Source: an uncultured Eubacteriales bacterium (GTDB lineage Bacteria > Bacillota > Clostridia > Oscillospirales > Acutalibacteraceae). From it: a stretch of DNA of 44,184 nucleotides. Under the pieces are notes generated by a model. The model searched no databases, was not told where the DNA came from, and saw nothing but the letters and a program-made list of their open reading frames with translations. The position numbers and the translations under genes are program-made. Shown in pieces: positions 25,173-33,858 of this stretch; the first letter of the stretch is position 1; each line of letters begins with the position of its first letter. Location of the stretch: positions 1-44,184 of the forward strand of contig CAZDWM010000001.1 in the NCBI GenBank assembly GCA_964509145.1. The letters are read 5' to 3'.

Positions 25173-26273
25173 TTATCCCTCAATAACACATCCGTTTTCT
25201 ACGCGGAATGTTTTGCAGCTTGTGAGCCTTGAAAAATGACCCGCATCGCAGCAGGTAATAAAAACCTGCCAGTCCTTTAAATATTCCGTAAGATAGCCCT
25301 GACGCATTCCGTCAAGCTCGCTCATTACATCGTCGAGCAGAACCACCGGGTATTCGCCGGAAACGTCCTTGATGATGTAGGCCTCGCCAAGCTTTAAGGA
25401 AAGCGCGCAAGACCGCTGCTGCCCCTGTGACGCGTAGCTTCGCGATGACAGGTCGTCGAGCCGGATTAAAAGGTCGTCCTTGTGCGGACCGACTGTGGTC
25501 ATCAGCCTTCGGATATCGGCGCTCCTGTTTTTTTGCAGCGCTATAAAAATGTTTTCGACCATCTCATATTCGTCGGCGGCCTCGCTGCGGCTGCTTTGCA
25601 GATATTCAAGCTTCATTTGTTCGCGCCCGCCGGATATTTCTTTATAAATCTCTCCAGCGACCGATGCAAGATTGTCGACATAGCTTAATCTATATAGAGT
25701 AATTTTTGCGCCTGTTTTGGCCAATTCCTCGTCCCAGGCTGCCAGCGTTTCCTCGTCGGCCGAGCCCTGTGCTATCTGTTTAAGTAACGCGTTTCTGTTG
25801 GCGAGTATTTTTGAATACTTAATCAGATGCGACGCGTATGCCGGTCTTATCATGCTTACGGCGATGTCTAAGAACTTTCTGCGTTCCGACGGCGCGTCCT
25901 GAACAATTGAAAGCGAAAACGGTGAAAATACTACCGCTCGAAACTCTCCTAAAAACCGTCGCGGGCTGTCTTTCGGAATGCCGTTTAAAGAAAACTCTCT
26001 TTTTGAGCTGCTGATTCTTAGAGACGCTTCGTTTGACAGCCCCTGTGAATCAAAAAGAATTTTAACGCCGGCCTCTCGCTTTCCATTTTTAATCAGCTCG
26101 CTGTATTTGTGGGTGCGGAAGCTGTGGCAACCGGTGAAAAGCCAGATACTCTCAATAATGTTTGTTTTGCCCTGCCCGTTTTCACCGTAGATGACGTTAG
26201 TTCTTTGGTCTGGAAAAAGGCATATGTCTGACATGTTGCGATAATCTCTCGCCCTGTATTCGGATATCATCAT
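25173..26273 (-). CDS. recF: DNA replication/repair protein RecF
   Basis: Walker A GENGQGKTN, the SMC-like signature SQGQQRS and Walker B VVLLDDV. Confidence 0.93.
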   Translation of the reverse strand: MMISEYRARDYRNMSDICLFPDQRTNVIYGENGQGKTNIIESIWLFTGCHSFRTHKYSELIKNGKREAGVKILFDSQGLSNEASLRISSSKREFSLNGIPKDSPRRFLGEFRAVVFSPFSLSIVQDAPSERRKFLDIAVSMIRPAYASHLIKYSKILANRNALLKQIAQGSADEETLAAWDEELAKTGAKITLYRLSYVDNLASVAGEIYKEISGGREQMKLEYLQSSRSEAADEYEMVENIFIALQKNRSADIRRLMTTVGPHKDDLLIRLDDLSSRSYASQGQQRSCALSLKLGEAYIIKDVSGEYPVVLLDDVMSELDGMRQGYLTEYLKDWQVFITCCDAGHFSRLTSCKTFRVENGCVIEG

Positions 26274-26515
26274 GGCGCTTCCACTTTATAAATTACGTTT
26301 TCAAACTCGGCCTCGTCGCCTATGTGAAGCTTTTTACCGCGCTGTGTGCAAACTTCGTTGTTGACCCGAACCTCGCCGTTTTGAATGATGTTCTTTGCGT
26401 GACCGCCTGTCTGGACGGCGTCACAAAACTTTAAAAACGAATCAAGCCGGATAAAAGGTGTATTTATTTTTTTTGAGACAATTGTCTTTTTCTTTATATG
26501 GACGTTTATTTTCAT
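26270..26515 (-). CDS. yaaA: S4-domain RNA-binding protein YaaA
   Basis: An S4 fold (IRLDSFLKF...GGHAKNIIQNGEVRVNNEV), positioned between dnaN and recF. The start could be ATG 26515 or TTG 26554. Confidence 0.75.
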   Translation of the reverse strand: MKINVHIKKKTIVSKKINTPFIRLDSFLKFCDAVQTGGHAKNIIQNGEVRVNNEVCTQRGKKLHIGDEAEFENVIYKVEAP

Positions 26516-26550
26516 ATAACCGCCGGCCTTTCTCTTAACAGAACGGTTAA

Positions 26551-27660
26551 TCAACCCTCGGACTTAATACGGACAGGCAATATAAGGAAAAGAAAGCTGT
26601 CTCCCTGAGGCGGAACAATCAAAATCGGCGCCACGGAACCGTTTAAAAGAATTTTAACCTCATCTGTGTCGCAAACCCTTAACGCCTCGATAAGAAAACG
26701 GTTGTTAAAACCTATATCTACGCTGCTTCCGTCGATGACTGCATCCACAACATCGTTTGCAGAACCAAGCGCCGTTGTGGATGAAAGCTTCACGGAATTA
26801 TCCTTAAACGAGCAGCGCAGCGGACTTTTTATTTTGTCGGTAATAATTAGGGATATACGTTCGATGCTGTCGATGAATTTTTTATTATTAATAACTACCG
26901 TTGTCGAGCATTCAACAGGAATCGCCGAATTATAATTAAGAAATTCGCCGTCAAGCAGACGTGAGACGACGCTGTAGCTGCCGATTTCAAAAACAATGTG
27001 TTTTTTGCCCACTGAAATAGAAACCGTTTCAGTATCGCTGTTAAATAATTTAATTACCTCTGAAAGCGTTTTTGAAGGCACAATGAATGTCGAAGACTCT
27101 CCGCTGTAGTTGATGACCTCTTTGCGTATAGCTAGGCGGAAGCCGTCTACTGCTACAAGCTTAATCAGATTGTCTCCGATTTCAAACTTAATACCGGTAT
27201 GAACAACCTTTGTATCGTTTGTAGCGACGGCAAAAATCGTCTGCCTTATCATTTCACGCAGTATTTCCTGTGAGACGACAATTGGGAATCCGCCAGTAAC
27301 GGACGGCAGCTCCGGAAACTCCTTAGAGGAAATTCCGACCAGTGAAAACGCGGCACTGTCGCTTGTGACAGACGCCATCTGGCGCTCGTCGGACTCAATG
27401 CGCACCATATTACCGGGAAGTTTGCGCAGAATGTCGCAAAGAACTCTGGCGTTTAATACAATACCGCCGTTTTCCTCGACGCGAGCGCTCACAGAAGTGT
27501 TGATTCCGAATTCAAGGTCGTAACCCGTCAGAATTACCTCGCTACCGAGCGCTTTTAAATAAATTCCCTCGATAGCCGGAATCGCGTTTTTTGTCGATAC
27601 CGCACGCTGGACATTTAAACAGGCTTCGGAAAGCACCGCTGTTTCACATATAAAATTCAT
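26551..27660 (-). CDS. dnaN: DNA polymerase III beta sliding clamp DnaN
   Basis: A three-domain beta clamp, 369 aa from ATG 27660 (AAAGGG 9 nt upstream). Confidence 0.93.
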   Translation of the reverse strand: MNFICETAVLSEACLNVQRAVSTKNAIPAIEGIYLKALGSEVILTGYDLEFGINTSVSARVEENGGIVLNARVLCDILRKLPGNMVRIESDERQMASVTSDSAAFSLVGISSKEFPELPSVTGGFPIVVSQEILREMIRQTIFAVATNDTKVVHTGIKFEIGDNLIKLVAVDGFRLAIRKEVINYSGESSTFIVPSKTLSEVIKLFNSDTETVSISVGKKHIVFEIGSYSVVSRLLDGEFLNYNSAIPVECSTTVVINNKKFIDSIERISLIITDKIKSPLRCSFKDNSVKLSSTTALGSANDVVDAVIDGSSVDIGFNNRFLIEALRVCDTDEVKILLNGSVAPILIVPPQGDSFLFLILPVRIKSEG

Positions 27661-27730
27661 ACTGTTCAACCCTTTCATATCAGAAAACGCAAAGATATCA
27701 TATAATATTTTATTAGTAGTAGCAGTAGAG

Positions 27731-27897
27731 CCGGTGGAAAATTTGGAAAACCTCGGCAGCCGTTCATTTGTAAGGAAAAACGGCGAGTCTCTCCGGTTGA
27801 AAATAAATGGATAACTTCAACATTTTAACAGGCTGTTATCTGGACTTGTTGAAACTGTTGAAATATGCCTGTTGAAAACTGAAAAACCGGTGGAAAA
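27731..27897. repeat. same-orientation array of GGTGGAAAA / TGTTGAAA words upstream of dnaN
   Basis: CCGGTGGAAAA occurs twice (27731-27741, 27887-27897). TGTTGAAA occurs three times (27847, 27856, 27870). GGTTGAAAA is at 27795, TTTGGAAAA at 27742 and TGGATAA at 27808. Confidence 0.55.
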
Positions 27898-27899
27898 AT

Positions 27900-28499
27900 T
27901 CAAATAATTTTTCTGCCCTCAATTGCTCGTGAAAGGGTGACCTCGTCGGCATATTCAAGGTCTGCGCCGACAGGCACACCGTAGGCTAAACGGGACACCT
28001 CAACACCAAGAGGCTTAATTAAACGTGACAGGAAAACAGCTGTAGCCTCTCCCTCGACGGTTGGATTTGTAGCCATAATAACCTCTTTAACCGCACTGTC
28101 GCTCAAGCGCGCAATAAGTTCCTTTGTCGTCAGATCCTCTGGACCGACACTGTTCAAGGGTGATATAACACCGTGCAGAACATGATAAAGACCGTTATAT
28201 TCGCGTGTGCGTTCAATGGCCATCACATCACGCGGATCCTCGACGACGCAGATGATGCTTTTGTCCCTTGACTCATTTTCGCAGACGGCGCAGCTTTCGG
28301 AATCGGTGAGGTCGCAGCAGACGGGACAACGATGAATTTTTTCATGTGCTTCTGTGACAGCCGACGTAAAGACCGCCGCTTCGCTGCCTGTCATATTCAA
28401 GACGTAAAAAGCAAGCCGCTGGGCACTTTTGTGGCCAATGCCGGGCATACGCTCGAACTGGTCGATGAGCCGCGACAAAGGGGCAATTTTTTTTTCCAT
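27900..28499 (-). CDS. recR: recombination protein RecR
   Basis: An HhH motif, the zinc finger CPVC...CAVC and a Toprim domain. Confidence 0.95.
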   Translation of the reverse strand: MEKKIAPLSRLIDQFERMPGIGHKSAQRLAFYVLNMTGSEAAVFTSAVTEAHEKIHRCPVCCDLTDSESCAVCENESRDKSIICVVEDPRDVMAIERTREYNGLYHVLHGVISPLNSVGPEDLTTKELIARLSDSAVKEVIMATNPTVEGEATAVFLSRLIKPLGVEVSRLAYGVPVGADLEYADEVTLSRAIEGRKII

Positions 28500-28500
28500 G

Positions 28501-28830
28501 CTACATCAGTCCCGGTATCGAAAGTCCGCCCTTCACGTCTTCAAGAGCTTTTTCCATCGCCTCGGCCGCCTTTCGAATGGCCTCGTTGACAGCGACGATA
28601 ATCATATCTTGAAGCATTTCGATGTCTTCAGGGTCGACGACATCCTTTTGGATGTTAACGGCTACTAATTCGTGTTTGCCGTTGACAACAGCTTCGACGG
28701 CGCCCCCGCCGGAGGTAGCCGAAAATTCAGTAGCTTCTATTTCTTCCTGAACCCTCGCCATATCCTCCTGCATCTGTTGAATTTTTTTCATCATGTTGCC
28801 GTTATCGGCGTTTGGTATTCTTGCTTTCAT
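28501..28830 (-). CDS. ybaB: nucleoid-associated protein YbaB/EbfC
   Basis: MMKKIQQMQEDMARVQEEI..., and the conserved dnaX-ybaB-recR gene order. Confidence 0.9.
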   Translation of the reverse strand: MKARIPNADNGNMMKKIQQMQEDMARVQEEIEATEFSATSGGGAVEAVVNGKHELVAVNIQKDVVDPEDIEMLQDMIIVAVNEAIRKAAEAMEKALEDVKGGLSIPGLM

Positions 28831-28853
28831 TATATTTATCCTCCCGTTATTAT

Positions 28854-30506
28854 TTACTGTAATCCGTCAATTTTTTCAATCAGCCTCGAAAGAGGGTCTG
28901 ATGAAGCGTACTCATCGCTCTCCTTGCGGAAAACCTCAAACCTGTATTTTTGCCCTGTTACTTTTAAGGCAGCTTCCTCAAGCGCGGCGGAATAGGTCGG
29001 AATATGAAGAAACTGCTCAAAAGCAGCGTTAGCTGATTTTACAAAGACTATATTTTCCTTGAAGGTAGCGCTTGAATTAATAAGAATGCCGGACAGCGGA
29101 CCTGAAATATCCTTGAGTGCGAGCAGAACCTCCGGCCAGGCTTTAAAAATTTGCGGTACGCCATATGAAGCACCGCTTTCAGTCATTTTTTGCTTAAAAT
29201 CATCCTGCGGGTCAACGTCTTTTTCAGTCGGTTTTGTTTTAGTGTCCGGCGGTTCTTTGGAAAGAGGTGCTGCCGAATTATCGCTTAAATCGGCGGTAAC
29301 CGTAACGACCGGCGTTTCCATTACCGGGGGAATATAAGCGGCGGCGGGTGATAAACGCACCCCATTTTTAACGGAAGCCTCAAGGTCGGACAGACGTTTT
29401 AAAATGGCCGAATTGTCGGTGCGAAGCGAAGCGCTGCAAAGCCGGATGACGGCCATCTCGGTTTCGGTGCGGCGGTCAAGCCCCTTGCGCAGGTTAAGCG
29501 CCGTTTCCTCAAGCACCGAGAGCGCGTAAAAGACAGCTTCAAGCGAAAAGCAGGATGCCTGTGTTTTAATTGCTTCAAGCTCGTCTTTTGAACAAATAAT
29601 CAGGTTTTCGGGGGAATGTACGGTTTTAGCGATCATCAAGTTGCGAAAATGGTTGAGAAACTCAGAGCAAAAGCGCTCCATGCCGCAGGACTCACGGTTG
29701 AGTGTGTCGACAAGCGTTAAAGCCCCGGCGGCGTCACCGTTTTTGACGCAGTCGGCCATTTTAAAAAGATAGTCGCGCCCTGTGATGCCGGCGCACTCGC
29801 TAACTATATCTTCGGTTATTTCCGCGCCACGCGCCGAACAGCGGTCTAAAAGCGATAAAGCGTCGCGCAAAGCGCCGTCTGACAGCCTTGCAATAAGCGC
29901 CGCCGCTTCGCCAGTAAGCCGGAGATTCTCTTTTTCGGCAACATACAAAATCCTCGCCGCAATATCCTCGGGCGGGATATGCTTAAAGTCGAAGCGCTGA
30001 CAGCGCGACAGGATGGTTGCCGGAAGCTTATGAACCTCTGTTGTCGCCAAAATAAAGAGGACATATGAGGGCGGCTCCTCAAGAATTTTTAACAGCGCGT
30101 TGAAAGCGCCGATAGACAGCATATGAACCTCGTCGATGATATAAACACGGTACCGGGCTTTGACGGGCGTAAACGCCGCCTCCTCGCGCAAATCGCGGAT
30201 ATTGTCGACGCCGTTGTTGCTGGCGGCGTCAATTTCTATAACGTCAAGGACAGCACCGCTGTCAATACCCTTGCAGATTTCACATTGGCAGCAGGGGTTG
30301 CCGTCGACGGGAGCGAGGCAGTTGACGGCCTTGGCGAGGATTTTAGCGCAGGAGGTTTTTCCCGTTCCTCTGGAGCCGGTAAAAAGATAGGCATGAGAAA
30401 GCCTGCCGGACGCGACCTCATGCGCCAGCGTCGCCGTGACATGAGGCTGACCCGACACGTCGGAGAAAACCTGCGGTCTCCACTTTCTGTAAAGTGCCTG
30501 ATACAA
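28854..30506 (-). CDS. dnaX: DNA polymerase III subunit gamma/tau DnaX
   Basis: YQALYRKWRPQ N-terminus, Walker A GSRGTGKTS and the zinc module CxxCxxC. I chose the start at TTG 30506 (AGGGAG 8 nt upstream) because the longer ORF-track form would run through the SRP RNA terminator. Confidence 0.92.
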   Translation of the reverse strand: MYQALYRKWRPQVFSDVSGQPHVTATLAHEVASGRLSHAYLFTGSRGTGKTSCAKILAKAVNCLAPVDGNPCCQCEICKGIDSGAVLDVIEIDAASNNGVDNIRDLREEAAFTPVKARYRVYIIDEVHMLSIGAFNALLKILEEPPSYVLFILATTEVHKLPATILSRCQRFDFKHIPPEDIAARILYVAEKENLRLTGEAAALIARLSDGALRDALSLLDRCSARGAEITEDIVSECAGITGRDYLFKMADCVKNGDAAGALTLVDTLNRESCGMERFCSEFLNHFRNLMIAKTVHSPENLIICSKDELEAIKTQASCFSLEAVFYALSVLEETALNLRKGLDRRTETEMAVIRLCSASLRTDNSAILKRLSDLEASVKNGVRLSPAAAYIPPVMETPVVTVTADLSDNSAAPLSKEPPDTKTKPTEKDVDPQDDFKQKMTESGASYGVPQIFKAWPEVLLALKDISGPLSGILINSSATFKENIVFVKSANAAFEQFLHIPTYSAALEEAALKVTGQKYRFEVFRKESDEYASSDPLSRLIEKIDGLQ

Positions 30507-30529
30507 AAAAACGGCTCCCTTCAAAGCAG

Positions 30530-30558
30530 AAAAAAGCTCTGTTTTATAAAAACAGAGC
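30530..30558 (-). terminator. intrinsic terminator after the SRP RNA
   Basis: On the minus strand: GCTCTGTT - TTTATAA - AACAGAGC, followed by TTTTTT. Confidence 0.65.
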
Positions 30559-30569
30559 AAATCTCAATC

Positions 30570-30691
30570 TTGGTCATGTGGCGGTAGGCGGACTGTGGCG
30601 CACGGAGCAAACCGCTTAATGCTGCTCGGTTCCCCGCCTGACATGGTTCACAGCGTTCCGCCGCACAGGACCCACACGCCACATGACCAAA
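30570..30691 (-). ncRNA. ffs: signal recognition particle RNA (4.5S/scRNA, small bacterial type)
   Basis: Closing helix TTGGTCATGTGGCG / CGCCACATGACCAA. The apical region GTCAGGCGGGGAACCGAGCAGC matches the conserved domain IV pattern GUCAGG..GGAA..AGCAGC. The position directly upstream of dnaX matches B. subtilis scr. The primary transcript probably spans about 30559-30736. Confidence 0.8.
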
Positions 30692-30741
30692 ACAAAGCTT
30701 TGCCCTGTTTGGAAAATTAAAAATAACAGATTTACTTGGCT

Positions 30742-30770
30742 ATTATAATATATTGTATCAAAAAATGCAA
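30742..30770 (-). promoter_or_regulatory. sigma-A promoter of the SRP RNA
   Basis: On the minus strand: TTGCAT (30770-30765), a 17-bp spacer, then TATAAT (30747-30742). Confidence 0.55.
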
Positions 30771-30816
30771 GTTGTTTGATATAAAATATTTGGGAATTGG
30801 AGGAGAAAAATAATGC

Positions 30817-30845
30817 TTGACAGCGCGTGTTTTAAGTGATAAACT
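30817..30845 (+). promoter_or_regulatory. sigma-A promoter (extended -10) of the thrS leader
   Basis: TTGACA (30817-30822), a 17-bp spacer, then TGATAAACT with the -10 TAAACT at 30840-30845. Confidence 0.6.
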
Positions 30846-30851
30846 TATTCT

Positions 30852-31101
30852 AATTTCATAGTATAAAGCGTTGATGCAAACCGATTGTCCGTTTAGGCTT
30901 TTCAGAGAGTCCGCGCCGTGGCTGAAAACGCGGGTAAAGGCTTTGGACATGAGACCGTTGCGGAGCGTGCTCCAATCCCTCTGTGCTGAGGAGCGCCGTT
31001 TTGACCGCGTTAAGGTCGTTTGAGCGGCGGGATATTCCCGCAAATCGGGTGGAACCGTGGGGCTTTTAGAGCTTCATCCCAATTTTGGGATGGGGCTTTT
31101 T
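30852..31101 (+). promoter_or_regulatory. T-box riboswitch leader, threonine specifier (ACC)
   Basis: AGAGA element at about 30904 and candidate specifier ACC at 30954-30956. T-box sequence AAATCGGGTGGAACCGTGGGG (31042-31062). Terminator GCTTCATCCCA-ATTT-TGGGATGGGGC followed by TTTTT (31071-31101). thrS follows. Confidence 0.85.
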
Positions 31102-31138
31102 ATTATTTTACTAATTTTTTACAAGGAGATAGATAAAA

Positions 31139-33082
31139 GTGATTAAGGTAACATTAAAAGACGGCGTTGTGCGTGAATACGACAATTGTGTGTCCGCTTT
31201 GGACGTCGCGAAGTCGCTCGGAGCGGGGCTTTACAAGGCGGCGTGCGTGTGTAAAATCGACGGCGTGACAGCTGACCTGCGTACTGAGCTTAACAGGGAC
31301 TGTGCGCTTGAAATACTGACATTTGACGCCGACGAGGGCAAATACGCTTTTCGGCACACCGCGTCGCACGTTTTGGCGCAGGCGGTTAAAAGGCTGTTCC
31401 CCGAAGCGAAGCTTGCCATCGGTCCCGCCATTGACAACGGCTTTTATTACGACTTTGACGTCGAGGTGCCCTTCACACCGGAGGTGCTCGAAAAAATTGA
31501 GAATGAGATGAAAAAAATCGTCAAGGAGGAGCTGCCCCTTGAGCGTTTCGAGCTTGAGGCAGACGAAGCTTTGGCATGGGCTGAAAAAGGCGGCGAGGTT
31601 TACAAAGCGGAGCTTATCCGTGAGCATTCCGGCAAGGGCGAGAAGATTTCATTCTTTAAGCAGGGCGAGTTCACGGAGCTTTGCGCGGGTCCTCACATCC
31701 CCGACACGGGCAGGCTGAAGGCGTTCAAGCTCACATCCTGTACGGGTGCTTACTGGCGCGGCGACTCAAACAATAAGATGCTGCAAAGAATATACGGTAC
31801 CGCCTATACAAAAAAGGACGAGATGGAAGCCTATCTTGCCGCCGTTGAGGAGGCGAAAAAGCGCGACCACAACAAGCTCGGACGGGAGCTTGAGCTGTTT
31901 ACAACCTCAGACCTCATCGGTCAGGGGCTGCCGATACTTCTGCCGAAGGGTGCGAGAATTATCCAGCTGCTTCAGCGCTTCGTCGAGGACGAGGAGCAAA
32001 AGCGCGGCTGGCTGCTAACGAAGACGCCCTTTATGGCTAAGAGCGATTTATACAAGCTTTCGGGTCACTGGGATCATTACAAGGACGGCATGTTCGTTTT
32101 GGGCGATGAGGAAAAGGATAAAGAAGTTTTCGCGCTGCGCCCCATGACCTGCCCGTTCCAGTATCAGGCCTATCTCAACCGCGGTCGCTCCTACCGCGAC
32201 CTGCCGCTGCGTTACAACGAGACCTCCACGCTGTTCCGTAACGAGGCCTCGGGCGAGATGCATGGCCTCATCAGGGTGCGGCAGTTCACTATATCAGAGG
32301 GTCATTTAATGTGCACACCGGAGCAGCTTGAGGATGAGTTTAAAAAGTGCCTTGAGCTTGCCATCTTCATGCTCAAGACGCTTGGTCTCTATGACGATGT
32401 ATCCTACCGCTTTTCGCAGTGGGATCCGAACGACCGCGAAAAATTCATCGGTACCCCTGAGCAGTGGGACGAGGCACAGGGCGTGATGTACAAAATCCTC
32501 GACCACCTCGGCATCAATTATAAAATCGGTATCGGCGAGGCAGCATTCTATGGGCCGAAGCTTGATATCCAGATAAAGAACGTGTTCGGTAAGGAGGACA
32601 CGCTTGTTACAATTCAGGTCGACCAAATGCTGGCCGAAAAGTTCGGCATGGAATACGTCGACGCGGACGGCGCAAAGAAAAATCCGTATATCATCCACAG
32701 GACGTCCATCGGCTGCTATGAGCGTACATTGGCGCTGCTGATTGAAAAATATGCCGGTGCGTTCCCGCTGTGGCTCGCACCTGAGCAAATCAGAATTCTT
32801 CCGATTTCAGACCGTCACCACGAATACGCCAAGGCGGCTGTTGAAAAGCTTGAGTCATTAGGCTTCCGCGTGACATATGACGAGCGCAGCGAGAAAATCG
32901 GATATAAAATCCGTGAAGCCCAGCTTGAAAAGATACCCTATATGCTTCTTGTGGGCGACAAGGAGATTGAAAGCGGCACATTTTCCGTACGCCGCAGAGG
33001 TGAGGGCGATATCGGAGCTATATCGGCAGAGGACTTCACCGCGATGGCGCTTAAAGAGACGGCTGAAAAGGTTCGGTTTTAA
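31139..33082 (+). CDS. thrS: threonine--tRNA ligase
   Basis: 647 aa with TGS, second-additional, class II core and anticodon-binding domains. GTG start after AAGGAG. Confidence 0.96.
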   Translation: MIKVTLKDGVVREYDNCVSALDVAKSLGAGLYKAACVCKIDGVTADLRTELNRDCALEILTFDADEGKYAFRHTASHVLAQAVKRLFPEAKLAIGPAIDNGFYYDFDVEVPFTPEVLEKIENEMKKIVKEELPLERFELEADEALAWAEKGGEVYKAELIREHSGKGEKISFFKQGEFTELCAGPHIPDTGRLKAFKLTSCTGAYWRGDSNNKMLQRIYGTAYTKKDEMEAYLAAVEEAKKRDHNKLGRELELFTTSDLIGQGLPILLPKGARIIQLLQRFVEDEEQKRGWLLTKTPFMAKSDLYKLSGHWDHYKDGMFVLGDEEKDKEVFALRPMTCPFQYQAYLNRGRSYRDLPLRYNETSTLFRNEASGEMHGLIRVRQFTISEGHLMCTPEQLEDEFKKCLELAIFMLKTLGLYDDVSYRFSQWDPNDREKFIGTPEQWDEAQGVMYKILDHLGINYKIGIGEAAFYGPKLDIQIKNVFGKEDTLVTIQVDQMLAEKFGMEYVDADGAKKNPYIIHRTSIGCYERTLALLIEKYAGAFPLWLAPEQIRILPISDRHHEYAKAAVEKLESLGFRVTYDERSEKIGYKIREAQLEKIPYMLLVGDKEIESGTFSVRRRGEGDIGAISAEDFTAMALKETAEKVRF

Positions 33083-33808
33083 ATGTCAGACACAAGGCTC
33101 GAAGCCCTCGGCGGCGGCGTGACGGCGGTGATTTCGGAGCTGCACGGCTTCGGCACCGACGCGCTGATGCTCGCTGCTTTCGCTAAACCGAAAAAGAACG
33201 ACCGAGCGTGCGACCTCGGCTCCGGCTGCGGCATCCTCCCGCTTTTATGGTGCCGCGACGGCTTATGTAAAAGCGTAACGGCGTTCGAGATTCAGGAGAA
33301 TGCCTGTGAGCAGTTGAGGGAGACCGTCAAGCTCAACGGGTTGACAAAAATCGAGGTCGTTTGCGGCGACCTGCGTCAAGCGGCGGAACTCTTAACGCCT
33401 TACAGTTATGATTTAGTGACAATGAATCCGCCGTACAAAGCGCCAAAGGCGGGCTTGACGAGCGCCCAAGAAGCGGCACTGATAACCAGGCATGAGGTCA
33501 TGTGTTCATTTAGTGATGTGGCTAAAGCGGCAGAAAGGCTTCTGCGCTTCGGCGGACGGTTCTGCGTTTGCCACCGACCCGAACGCGTTGCGGATGTTAT
33601 CTGCGACATGCGTACATGCGGCATTGAGCCCAAGCGTATAAGGATGGTCACCCATAAGGCCGGTATGCCGCCGAATCTAATCCTCGTCGAGGGCAAAAAG
33701 GGTGGCAAAAGCGGTGTTGTCATCGAGCCGGAGCTTGTTTTAAAAGACGGCGACGGCAATTATACAACGCCCGCGCTTGAGATGTATGGCTTATACAACA
33801 ACGGTTAA
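33083..33808 (+). CDS. N6-adenine-type SAM methyltransferase (tRNA1(Val) m6A37 TrmN6/YfiC-like)
   Basis: Motif I DLGSGCG and motif IV NPPY. The ATG directly abuts the thrS stop. Confidence 0.75.
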   Translation: MSDTRLEALGGGVTAVISELHGFGTDALMLAAFAKPKKNDRACDLGSGCGILPLLWCRDGLCKSVTAFEIQENACEQLRETVKLNGLTKIEVVCGDLRQAAELLTPYSYDLVTMNPPYKAPKAGLTSAQEAALITRHEVMCSFSDVAKAAERLLRFGGRFCVCHRPERVADVICDMRTCGIEPKRIRMVTHKAGMPPNLILVEGKKGGKSGVVIEPELVLKDGDGNYTTPALEMYGLYNNG

Positions 33809-33825
33809 CAACATGTCATAAAACA

Positions 33826-33858
33826 TAAGACAGGGATTGATCCCTGTCTTATATTGAT
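33826..33858 (+). terminator. intrinsic terminator
   Basis: TAAGACAGGGA (33826-33836), loop TTGA, TCCCTGTCTTA (33841-33851), then a T-rich tail. Confidence 0.7.

Noticed and set aside
5562-27678. N-terminal extensions in the ORF track for the lipoprotein (6461), methyltransferase (12292), S8 protease (17899), parB (19649), noc (21569), rsmG (22390), nth (24990), yaaA (26554) and dnaN (27678).
   Set aside because: The internal starts have good SD sequences, give canonical N-termini or signal peptides, and remove long overlaps with upstream genes. The extensions have none of these properties.
29184-29193. An A6 run (CAA AAA ATG on the coding strand) in dnaX, considered as a possible gamma/tau frameshift or slippage site.
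   Set aside because: It is not an X XXY YYZ heptamer in the zero frame, it is shorter than known transcriptional-slippage runs, and I saw no downstream stimulatory hairpin.
30692-30850. The divergent ffs/thrS AT-rich spacer at the main strand switch, considered as a candidate origin.
   Set aside because: Two back-to-back promoters fully explain it, and I saw no TTATCCACA-like words. It remains worth checking by GC skew, and it is noted under the synteny finding.
30732-31043. 103-aa minus-strand ORF between ffs and thrS.
   Set aside because: It lies entirely over the plus-strand thrS T-box leader (AGAGA element, T-box sequence, terminator) and the SRP promoter, and it has no SD.
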